Origin: Squalus acanthias
Lineage: Eukaryota
NCBI GenBank assembly: GCA_030390025.1
Contig: CM059448.1
Span: 4,154,001 to 4,218,000 of the forward strand
DNA: 64,000 nucleotides
Reading direction: 5' to 3'
The translations under genes were made by a program, and so were the position numbers. Below the pieces are notes generated by a model. The model was given only the letters and a program-made list of their open reading frames with translations. It was not told the origin of the DNA and made no database searches. Of this stretch, positions 27,511 through 37,626 are shown piece after piece; the first letter of the stretch is position 1; every line of letters begins with the position of its first letter.

Positions 27511-27940
27511 GTCAACCTTGGGTGAGTTGGTAGCACTCTCGCCTCTGAATCAATCAGAAGGTCGGGTTCAAGTCCCACTCCAGTACATGAGCACATAATC
27601 TAGGCTGACACTCCAGTGCAATGCTGAGGGAGTGCTGCATTGTCAGAGGTGTTGTCTTTCACACAAGACGTTAAACTGAGGCCCTGTCTGCCTGCACGGG
27701 TGGATGCAAAATCTCCCATGGCACTATTTGAAGATAAAGGGAGGGCTCCGGTGTTCTAGTCAACATTTACCCTTCAACCAACACCAGCACAAACAGATCA
27801 ACTGGTCATTCATCTCAATGCCATTTATGAGACCTTGCTGCCACACTTAACTACAAAACAGTGACTACACTTCGAAAGTAATTCATTGACTGTGTAGTGC
27901 TTTTGGGATGTATAGTGTTGTGGAACTTGCAAGTTCTTTC
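27511..27940 (+). mobile_element. DeuSINE with internal deletion
   Basis: B box GGGTTCAAGTCCCACTCCAG, ATCTAGGCTGACACTCCAGTGCA, partial Deu body. Confidence 0.8.
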
Positions 27941-27989
27941 CCATGATAAGGCCACCAGTTTCAGTAATGTTAAACACGGAGAGCCAGTC

Positions 27990-28074
27990 CTCCTGACGAA
28001 GGAGCAGCGCTCCAAAAGCTTGTGATTTCAAATAAAGCTGTTGGACTATAACCTGGTGTTGTGCGACTTCTCAC
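27990..28074 (+). mobile_element. Penelope pseudo-LTR end fragment with hammerhead-like motif
   Basis: CTGACGA-A-GGAGC-AGC-GCTCC-AAAA followed by AATAAAGCTGTTGGACTATAACCTGGTGTTGTG. Confidence 0.6.
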
Positions 28075-28169
28075 AGTTCCGACACAGGTGGTGAAATCAT
28101 GAATGTGGTGCACAACAATGTCTCTCAAAACAGGATGTAATGTTCAAGTTCAAACTGAAAGCACCTACG

Positions 28170-28790
28170 TACAAACTAGGTTAGATCCCTGCTCTGTGCC
28201 AAGTGAGCTAATCTCAGCCACTGCAGCAATAGAGGTATTACAATTGGTCTTGGTGCTTCCAAGTGGAAAAACGAAACAGGGTTCCCATTACACAACACTA
28301 AGTAGCAACCACTATGGAAAGTGCATGTGTTGACACAAGGTGGGCGAGGACAGAATCGGGCTTGGCTATGATGCTCCCAATATCAAACAGTTTATCAATA
28401 GTCACTGCCTAAGCTCATAGCGTACAGGAGCTGCTAACAACTGCATACCCAAACCCCAGCAAATGGCACCAAATTCAAAACAGAGTTTTGGGGGGGCCGG
28501 GGGGGGAAGGAAAGGAAGGGAATGGAAGTTTAATCAAAGTACATTACACTAAGTTTCCCCGATGGGCCAGCAAGTAACAGCCATATGAATCAAAACATTT
28601 CTAATGAGGGGGCACTACAATTGGCCTCAGCATCCCAGGCCGGGGGGTGGGGGGTGGGGGGGGCGCGCAGGGAAGGAAATAACAAGGGTTCTCATTCTGG
28701 ATTGCTAAACAATAACCCTGAAGCATACACAAGCACATCGGCAGAGGATAGGATTAGATATAGGTCCTATTATAGAGGCCAAGCCTTAAA
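28170..28790 (+). mobile_element. Two diverged copies of an old unnamed SINE-like repeat
   Basis: Shared blocks CTAATCTCAGC..., CTACAATTGGCCTCAG..., GAGGACAGRATCGGGCTTGGCTATGATG; related copies at 11326-11410, 17897-18030, 20240-20350 (-), 29640-30010, 34853-35070 and 56650-56965. Confidence 0.55.
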
Positions 28791-29639
28791 ATCAAGGATA
28801 ATAATCATACGCAGTAAATCCCAAAGACAGAATGGCAGGTCTGAAAAGACAGGCACCAGTTTATTTTCTTCCAAATTCTGTATGCGCACAGTATCATTGT
28901 TGTTTTGTTAACGGAAAAGAAAGTCAAAGGGGAGCACTATTTTTGCGAGTAACTCAACCCACTTTATACTGATTTCCCACCCCCCCCACCCAAATCCAAT
29001 TTCTTTTTAAACCAGAACAGAGACCTGCCTGGTTAGGTCTTCTCACTATTGGGCTGCTCCAATGACATCACTACTAGGCAGCAGCCCCATGGATCCCAGA
29101 GTGGCTCCACTGAAACCAACAAGGGGGGGGGGGGAGGGGTCGCCCACAACCTCGGACTGGCCAGAGAGCCAATGCAGTGCTGCCAACCCCAGGAACCCAA
29201 GCCACTGGCTGGGTATGCACCCAGTTAGTAGCTAGGTTTCCTGGACTTGAGTGGCTCTAGATCAGCTTCCAAGTCTGAAATCAATTGTTTTCAATGGAGT
29301 CACTCCAAGATATTTCATCAGTGACATCACAGAGCAGCCCAACCACAAGATCAGATCTGGCAAGTCTCTGGTCAGAAAGTATGTGCATCCATGGATTTAT
29401 TTATAGCAAGCTGTATTCCTCCTAGACTCTCCCTTTAAGAATATAGCATTGTTATGCCATAGAGAACAGCACAGCAATATCGTGAAGCATGACATTCTTC
29501 ACAGATTTCATTCCAAAATTGAGTCTCAAACTGATACTACTGAAAGATCAATTACTGAAAGACTACTCTTCAGTTAACAAGACAGCATACAATGTAGAAC
29601 AGCCTGGTAGAATGGAGGACAAGTACTTATCTTCGCTTA

Positions 29640-30010
29640 AGACACAGCTCCCCTAATGGCCTATTGGGCAAAGTCACCGCCTCAATGTGGTGCTAAACGA
29701 TACAGATCAACACAGACCAAGAATCTAACGTTCTGATATCAGCCGGACCAGCAAAGACACTGCTAAAAATTGGACTTGGTGATACTGGACTAGGAAGGGG
29801 GGGGGGGGGGGGGGGGAAAAACCAAGAGTCATGGTTCGCACTCTTCATTGCCATCTATTAACCCTTCCAGGAAATTGTACGAGTGTTAAGATAGGATTAG
29901 GCTTGGCTGTGATGTCCCCCCAGACTGCCAGCCTTCACTGTCCACGTATAGGTTAAGAATGGATACTTGGGTGAAATAACAAAGGGTAGCCAGCATCCAT
30001 GAAGCCAAAC
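29640..30010 (+). mobile_element. Old unnamed SINE-like repeat copy
   Basis: GATAGGATTAGGCTTGGCTGTGATG...AAGAATGGATACTTGGGTGA blocks shared with 28170-28480 and 56650-56965. Confidence 0.5.
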
Positions 30011-32322
30011 TTAGCAAGAGTTGTGGAATCATAAAATAGTACAGCACAGAGACCACCATTCGGCCCACTGAGTCTGCACTGGCAGTGCCATTAAGAAAAT
30101 TAACAAAGGGGAGCAAAGATTACATAACATCTTTTTATTTTAAAAAAACTGGCTGTAACACTACACAACCATAAATCTTGAAAACAAGCAAACCTGTTCT
30201 AAACATTTACTCTAGATTAAATAACTAGTTATTACTATTCTAATATATACTGGCACTTCGGGAAACAATCTTTCTCCAAGCGAACAGTAGATCTTCAAAA
30301 TATTATTAATTGATTGTCAGGACCTTGTGGCAAACCAATACAGGAAATAAAAACAAAAACACCCACATCCCAACCAGAAGATCACAGGTTCAAGGGTCAG
30401 TTTAACTGCTTGCTTGAATCTGCCTTCTGCATTTGGTAATATTTTTCCACCAAACTGCAAGATGAAACACTAAACTGAGGAAATGTTCTCATATGTTTTG
30501 GGGGGGCAGGGGTGAGAAGAACAGAACAGGAGGAAGAACTAATTTTGTTCTCACTCCATTTGATCATATCTCCTGCCAGACACTAACAAAAGCTACAGCA
30601 GTCATGAAGTCTGCAGCTCAGATTATTCGTGTTATCTCAGTTAGAGGAGGAGTCACAGCAATGAGAGTTCCTCAAAAGGATTTGAAATGGGGGAGGGCAG
30701 AAAAGAATGAAAATGGAATAATTTTTAATTAAAAGCCAATTATACTTTTCTGGCTCAAACTGTACTGGTCACTTTCCACCACAGCACTTGCTCCTTGAAA
30801 TCTGAAATAGGGTGAAGTCCATTTTATTTTCCATGTTCCATTTTCAAATTTTTACAACTCACCCACATTTTCCACTTAAAAAATAAAACGCTAAATAGCA
30901 GCAACACATGTAACTGTAATGAGTGTAACTATAATCATTTTTAGACGACAGCTGGGCAGCCATATTAAGAATCTGAGGTTTAAAAAAAAACTTTTTAAAA
31001 AATGTTAAAGATCATTTAAGACTCCCATATGACCAAAAGGAAACACTGGCTCTGAAACTTTCCATTTCACCACCCCTTCCCTTATATTCAATGTTAATAA
31101 AAGCAAACATACGATATGTGCAAGTTTTGTTAGCTTGGAGGAATGCACTGGCCAAATTTGTTAGATAGCAATCAACAAGCTTGCTTTCCAAATTATTTTT
31201 TTTTATATAAAGTGTTATGCATTTCTGCTGCCTTGCTCAAGAAAAAAAGTGCCTGAAACATACACCTTCCAGGCTTCCACCCAATACATTTAGAAATATA
31301 ATCCAAGTAAAGTGACCTTTGACAACTTCCCTTCACTTTGTGAATTAAAAAAAGATTTTCCATTCCACAGAAAAAAAAGTTACACACCCAGGGAAACAAC
31401 CCCTCCGACACTGCATTAAAACTCTGAGGCACTTGAGTTTTTCTCTCCTCAGCCGATTGGAGTTCTCATTTTGAAACTGGTTGCTTATCTCTTTTTTGCT
31501 TTTCTCTAGGGTTTTCAAACACACTTCCCCTTTACGACGCAGTTACTTACTCTCTTCGCCTCCGGAGAGGGGGGGAAAAGCAAAAAATAGACTGCATTTT
31601 ATATGCAGTCCTTCATTATAATCAATTACATTTTTTTTTTAAACTTAAAACGTCTGAGATAAAATGACAGCATTGGAGCCTAGCGTAGTTTTGATGTTTT
31701 TAAAACGATATTTCACTCCCCCCCTCCTCCAGTTTCATTTGTTAAATACCGTTTCGATTTTGACTGGAAAATGGCAACTAAAATGACCACAGATTTTAAA
31801 AAAAATATATATATATATGATCTTTTTTAAGTACAAAGCAGATATAGATTCGGTTTGTTTTTTTAAAGCGGCCTGCATTAAAAACTGACATGGCAAGAAG
31901 AAAAATAAGAGGCAAAGTAGCCTTTTATTTGAGGGTAGTTAGGAGTTTAGACGTTTTGCCTAATTTTTAAAAAAAATGTACAAACACTTTACCCTCTGAT
32001 TTACTGGAATTTTCACCTCAAGACATTTACAAAAATACGTGCGCAAGTTACACATTTAATAAAAGCATTTAAATAAAAAAGGAAAGTGAATTTATTTTAT
32101 TTAAAAAAAGTGGAAGTTTTTTTTAAAAAAAAATTAGAGTTGCTCGGATCTGGTTTGGAATTCTTCTGATTGTTTTGGAAATATAGATATTTCATAAATG
32201 AGATTATAGGTATTTTTAACCCCCCCCCCCCTCTCTCCCCTCACTCACTCTCTCGCCACTACGCCTGAGTGAAAAGGCCGCGGTTTGAAAATGGCTGCGC
32301 GACGGCCGCTTCAATCACTCAC

Positions 32323-32394
32323 CAGAGAGAAGAGATTGGAATAGCAATCCTCCAAACTCGCCCCGTTCGCCACCCAGCAGCCGGACGAACTCAT
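32323..32394 (-). CDS. MED13L: Mediator subunit 13-family (MED13L-like) coding exon 1
   Basis: Minus strand reads ATG AGT TCG TCC GGC TGC TGG GTG GCG AAC...CTG|gtgagt = MSSSGCWVANGASLEDCYSNLFSL, matching the MED13L N-terminus (WVANGASLEDCHSNLFSL). It is 72 nt with a phase-0 donor. An additional in-frame ATG lies at 32397-32395. The family is certain; the paralog symbol is tentative. Confidence 0.92.
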
Positions 32395-32396
32395 CA

Positions 32397-32519
32397 TCAC
32401 GATCCCTGCATCGTCGACGAAGATTTAACACGCACTTCGAAAAAAAAAATACACACACACACAGAAAAAAATAAAAAGTCCTCCCCACAGGAAAATTCCC
32501 TCAAATATTTTCTCCACAT
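32397..32519 (-). other. Candidate upstream ORF (40 aa) whose TGA overlaps the first main-frame ATG
   Basis: ATG at 32519, with an in-frame ATG at 32411, reads MWRKYLREFSCGEDFLFFSVCVCIFFFEVRVKSSSTMQGS*. The junction reads TCG TGA TGA TG AGT. Confidence 0.5.
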
Positions 32520-32750
32520 GAAAGCTGAGGTGTTTTAATTTAGTTGTCCTTTGGTTGGTTTTTTTTTCCTCTTCTTTTAATTTCCCCCCCTCCTCCTCCT
32601 CCTCTCAGAGAGAGGAACGAGGTGAAGGCATCGGTCTCCTCGCTTCCTTCCTTCCCTCCCTCCCCCCCCCCTCTGCTTCCTCGCCTCTCCTCCGGCGGCT
32701 CGGGTTTGCGTTGAGTCCCTTTCCTTTAATGGGAGCCTCAGTCCCGGACT

Positions 32751-32760
32751 TAATGGCGGA
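32751..32760 (+). promoter_or_regulatory. YY1-like motif TAATGGCGGA
   Basis: Matches the YY1 core ATGGCGG. A second YY1-like AAAATGGCTGC lies at 32288-32298, just inside intron 1. Confidence 0.4.
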
Positions 32761-32765
32761 GGCCC

Positions 32766-32775
32766 GTCACGTGAC
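32766..32775. promoter_or_regulatory. Palindromic E-box GTCACGTGAC (USF/MiT-TFE CLEAR-type)
   Basis: Perfect 10-bp palindrome within the CpG island, flanked by GGCCC...GGGCC. Confidence 0.6.
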
Positions 32776-32805
32776 TGGGCCCGGCGGCCGCGATCGCCGT
32801 CCGCC

Positions 32806-33061
32806 GCCACTGGGGGCGCCGCGGGCCAAAGACACGGCGCGCACCACTTCACTCCTCCCGTCACTGGGGACGCGATGGAGCTGCGGAAAAATACACCGCG
32901 CGCACTTCCCTCCTCCCGCCACTGGGGGCGCGATGGAGCTGGTCAAATACACGCACACTTTCCTCCTCCCGCCACTAGGGGCGCGATGGAGCGCAGGCCA
33001 AATACACGTACTTCTTTCCCGCGGCCACTTGGGGCGCTGAACCAAGGCAGGGCCAAATACA
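32806..33061 (+). repeat. Tandem array of five ~53-58 bp GC-rich units with CTCF-like cores
   Basis: Cores GCCACTGGGGGCGC (32806), GTCACTGGGGACGC (32860), GCCACTGGGGGCGC (32918), GCCACTAGGGGCGC (32971), GCCACTTGGGGCGC (33024). Units also share GATGGAGC and AAATACAC blocks. Confidence 0.85.
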
Positions 33062-34852
33062 AACTCAGTCGTACAGTGTACTAATTTTTAATTATTTTCT
33101 TTAAATTGCTGTCTCCCACTTTAATAACTGAATGCCTGCATTGGATTTCAGATATTTCTTCCCTTCAGAACTCAACTTTACCCACATAGCATTCACACAC
33201 TCCAGATAAATCCACTGTGTGAAGTGCTTTGAAATGTTTCCAGGTGATAACTCCTTGTGTAAATACAAGAATTTCTTTCTAACTCAAGAGCCGCTGACAG
33301 TAGGAATATGTCGGGAGAGATACAAGATTTACACAAATTGCAAATCCATTAAGCAGATAATGTTCTCAAATCAGGTTATATTTAAACAAAAAAAACTGTT
33401 AAATCAGATCTGCAACTATTAATGCATTTTAAAGGTTTTTATAAAACAGCCCAATTTTATATGTTAAAGAAATTAATTATTTTACAGCCTGACTAGCATA
33501 TTTCTCCAATATTTTCCCAAACAGAGACACTACCATTTTTCTAATTTCTTCCAATTTACTCCATAATTCTTCACCTTTTAAATGTACTTAAAAACCTTCA
33601 GGAGGCATTTCTTTCATTTAAAAAAATAGATTTTTGTGTTTGGGGGTGGGGAAAAAAGAGAAGAAGAACTTTTGTCATGTCACAATAACACACTGTCGAT
33701 GTGACATATAAACATGGTATGCATTTGTAAACTAGTTCTTAAATGACACGGCCCAAAAGTGTTTGTAAACAATGAGGAAAAGGTTGTGTGTCAAGGATCT
33801 CATGCAAACATTGACACACTGCACGGAACCACTTCCAAATACTGACTAGCTTCAAGGAAACTCCTATCCCAACTTTAAAAAGACAGCATTAGTTAAGCAA
33901 AGGAAAAGTGCTATTACAGAGAACATTATTTCTCTATAAGCAAAAATGTTAAGTCAACAAATATAGAAAAAAAAAACATGTAGAGTGAAGAATTCTTGAG
34001 ATACTGCACTCCCCATGGGCTACCCAAGAGAAATCTGATGAGCTCACAGACTCCTAATCCCCTGGGGTCCAAAGCTTACACTTTAAATTCACAGTCAACA
34101 GTTTGTTACCATTTGCAATTTACACAGAATTTAAAAAAAAGTTTTACCACTTTATGTACTGCTGGCTAAACATCAGTACAGACAATATGATCTAGATGAT
34201 AAAGTAATAAACTTCATAAGGACATAGGGCGCAAAGAAATTGGATCCTGTAACAATAATGATTGAGTTTTTATTTGCAGCTATGGATTACCAATAAAAAA
34301 GACTGTTTGGTATTATATAGAGGATGAACAGTGGGAAACTGAAATGTACATGAAGAGAGAGATTTCAGCACAAATATCATTCTTGCAGCCATTGTCCCAT
34401 CATAAAGTAATTAGAGATAGGGAGTGGAGCACTTACAAAGCAGAGTCAAGTTCAGATGGAAGGGGAAAACCTCGTAAGTGTCCAAACAGTTAAATTTGCA
34501 CTGACATTTTTAAAACTCACACAAGCTATCAAAAGTGGTTAGTGAAAAAACAAAATAAGGCAATTGAGATTTTTATCTCTTACTACCTTTAAACACATCA
34601 TAAATAATTGATTTTTAAAAATCACAGCAGCAGTTATCTTGTTAATACACAAGCTGATAGATAGTAGCAACAGTTTTAATGATTAATTCATAACTAGAAA
34701 GTTAATTGGTTTCTTTCTATTTACAATGACAAGAGTGCTACACTAAATTAGAACGATCATGCCAAGAGAAGTTGGCTAATTATTGTATGGAGCTTCATTA
34801 TTCAAGCATGACTCGCATCAAACAAAATTATGTTTGAAATGTATATTAAAAC

Positions 34853-35070
34853 TAATCTCAGCTGGGGTGGCAGTGGGAATGCTACAATTGGCTTCAGCGC
34901 CCCTGGGGCTAGGGAGAAGAATAAACATGTGATCCCTGCTCCTTATTATCCAGTAATTACTGTGCAAAGTGCACTTGTGGGATCATCAGAAAAGGACAGG
35001 ATCAGGCTCAGCTATGATGGCCCCTGGTGACAATTGCTGTTCAGGCTCACCTGAAATAACTAGCCTTCAG
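34853..35070 (+). mobile_element. Old unnamed SINE-like repeat copy
   Basis: AATCTCAGCTGGGG...GCTACAATTGGCTTCAGCGCCCCTGG...GGACAGGATCAGGCTCAGCTATGATG. Confidence 0.55.
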
Positions 35071-35936
35071 GAGAGGAGGGGAGTGGATAAAATTGGTGAC
35101 CAAAAAAAAGTAAAGATGCTATTTGATTTCAGGATTCCCATCACAGTGGAGTCTCATGCTTTAAGATTACTTCAGATGGGATATGGTTCATGCACTGTCA
35201 AAAAGAGATGCTTAAAGGCAAGAAGTAGATTTAAAATTAGGCTGAACATCCTCTCCTCTAATTGTAAGCCACCAACATGGAAAACCTAAAATACAGGAAT
35301 AATGGAAGCTCTGCTTACCCACAATCCCCAACATTCAGAAAGTCCTCTATATCAGAATTGAAAGGAAACTGTCAAAGGAATGACATAAAATTTTACACTT
35401 CTGATGGTGGGAATTAGAGAGAAGAGATGGGCATGTTAAATACGGATCCTGTGAAAAGCTAAAACGACTAATGCTCTACCAATGTGCCCGCAGTGAGCCT
35501 GCAATCTTGAATTCAGGCAGAAAGTGGTGCACAATCTCTGTGGAGCAGTTTCACTCCACAGTGGAATATTGAACTCCTGTCAATGTGACTGATAGATATT
35601 AAGGACACAGCCAAGATTGCTCAGGGAAGAAAACAACATTTGTTTTTGTTTCTACCAAGAACCAGAGCCATAATCTGGGTTCAGTATATAAATTTGCAAG
35701 TGTGGTTTTTGTAGGGTTACCAAACATGCATTTTAGACCAGACAATCTGTGCTGTTCACAAATTTCTAAATAGAAAAATGGACACTAGAAGTCTTTTTAT
35801 CCCCAAATAAAAACCAAATCAATTTTTCCTACTGCTTCTATTTTTTTAATGATATGGAGACACAGAGGTTAAGGTTTTCAAAAAAGAAAAATCATCAGCA
35901 GAAAATTACCCTGCTGGCCCCCCCCCCCCCCCCCCA

Positions 35937-36222
35937 ATAAGGACATAAGAAATAGGAGCAGGAGTAGGCCATTCAATAAGATCTTGGGCTGATCTGACCT
36001 TGGCCTCAACTCCACTTCCCTGCCCCTGTAGCTCAAATATCTGTCTATCTCCGCCTTGATTATGTTCACTGACTCAGCCTCCACGGCTCTCTGGGGTACA
36101 GATTTCCAAAGATTCACGACCCTCAGAAGAAATTCCTCCTCATCTCTGTTTTAAATGGGTGACCTCTTTTTCTGAAACTGTGCCCCCTAGTTCTAGATTC
36201 CCCCATGAGGGGAAACATCCTG
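35937..36222 (-). mobile_element. CR1 LINE 3' end with internal deletions
   Basis: MFPLMGESRTRGHSFRKRGHPFKTEMRRNFF remnant plus tail ACATAAGAAATAGGAGCAGGAGTAGGCC. Confidence 0.85.
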
Positions 36223-36559
36223 GATACATGGATGCAGCTGGCCTTAAGTGGAGGAAGAGGTAGAATTTTTATTTGGCTTGTGTTTAAAAAGGCACTGGCT
36301 TGAAGCCTATCCTTGCAGTGCAAATCATTAAAATTGGTACCAATTTGGCATGTACAATTCAGCTCCATACCAATTGCAAAAGCAATTCGATATTAACCAA
36401 TACAACTTCTGCTGACAGAGATAAGGCATTGCATTCATATTTTCTGAATGTCTGCCCACTTTTCCGTTATCTCTGGTTCTGTTTTTGTAGTGTCTTTTAG
36501 CTTTCCCAATCCTTTTACTGCATATTCCTGCTTCAGTCAGTGTCCAGTAAATGAACATT

Positions 36560-37240
36560 ACATAGGATATACAGCACAGAAACAGGCCATTCGGCCCAAC
36601 CAGTCCATGCCACCATATATGCTCCAATCGAGCCTCCTCCCATCTTTCCTCATCTAAATCTATCAACGTAACCCTCTATTCCCTTCTCCCTCATATGCTT
36701 GTCCAGCCTCCCCTTAAATGCATCTATACTATTTGCTTCAACCACGCCCTGTGGTAGCAAGTTCCACATTCTCACCACTCTTTGGGTAATTAAGTTTCTT
36801 CTGAATTCCCTATTGGATTTCTTGGTGCTATCTTATATTGATGGCCTCTAGTTTTGCTCTTCCCCACAAGTGGAAACATTCTCTCAGTATCCACTCTATC
36901 AAAACCATTCATAAATTTAAAGACCTCTATTAAGTCACCCCTCAGCCTTCTTTCTCTCTCTTTCCCCCTCCCCCCAACCCCGAGAAAAAAAAGAGACACC
37001 CAGCCTGTTCATCCTTTCCTGATAAGTATACCCTCGCATTTCTGGTATCATCCTTGTAAATCTTCTCTGCACCTTCTCCAGTGCCTCTATCCTTTTTATA
37101 ATATGGTGACTAGAACTGCACGCAGTACTCCAAGTGTGGTCTAGCCAAGGTTCAATACAGGTTTCACATAACTTCCCTACTTTTCAATTCCATCCCTCTA
37201 GAAATAAACCCTAGTGCATGGTTTGCTTTTTTTTGGCCTA
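36560..37240 (-). mobile_element. CR1 LINE 3' fragment (second subfamily)
   Basis: RLRGDLIEVFKFMNGFDRVDTERMFPLVGKSKTRGHQYK and KANHALGFISRGMELKSREVM remnants. Confidence 0.85.
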
Positions 37241-37626
37241 TAAGAACAAAGATGACAGGTACAAGGAGAATAGAAAATTCTTTGCATTTTACAGTAAAAT
37301 GCAAAAGACAGACAACAGCTCTTCTGTTTAAATCAAAATGGGCAGCTGTATTACAGAAGTTTGCATTCCAACCTTTCTTTTTCCACCCTCCCAACACCTC
37401 TCCCGTATCTCTCTCGAAGACATACCAATACAGTGCCCAAATAGCCATTCTTTTCTTGTGAGCCTCAACAGCAAGTGTCAGCAGCCACTCCACTGTGATA
37501 TTCATAACAAATGACCCCGATTCAAACTTCATCCAATATCTATTCGCACACCTTCAAGCAGGCATCACTGGATAGTAATCAGAACACTAGCTGGTTTATT
37601 CTCTCCCTCAGCCAAGGATTCTCACT

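Larger units (their letters stand above)
32590..33065 (-). promoter_or_regulatory. CpG-island promoter / 5'UTR of the MED13-family gene
   Basis: Abrupt GC- and CpG-rich block directly upstream of the start codon in an otherwise AT-rich, CpG-poor region. Contains an E-box, a YY1-like motif and CTCF-like repeats. The TSS cannot be determined from sequence. Confidence 0.85.

Noticed and set aside
29797-29816. Long poly-G/poly-C runs (1252, 15473, 19837, 22376, 38986, 62306 and others)
   Set aside because: Scattered homopolymers on both strands, often inside old repeats, with no positional pattern.
32806-33061. Regularly spaced repeats resembling a CRISPR array
   Set aside because: The 'spacers' are homologous to each other, the context is a vertebrate promoter, and there are no cas genes; it is a tandem duplication.
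32269-33084. Plus- and minus-strand ORFs of 69-161 aa over the promoter
   Set aside because: Low-complexity products of GC-rich, stop-poor CpG-island and repeat sequence, with no recognisable protein features.
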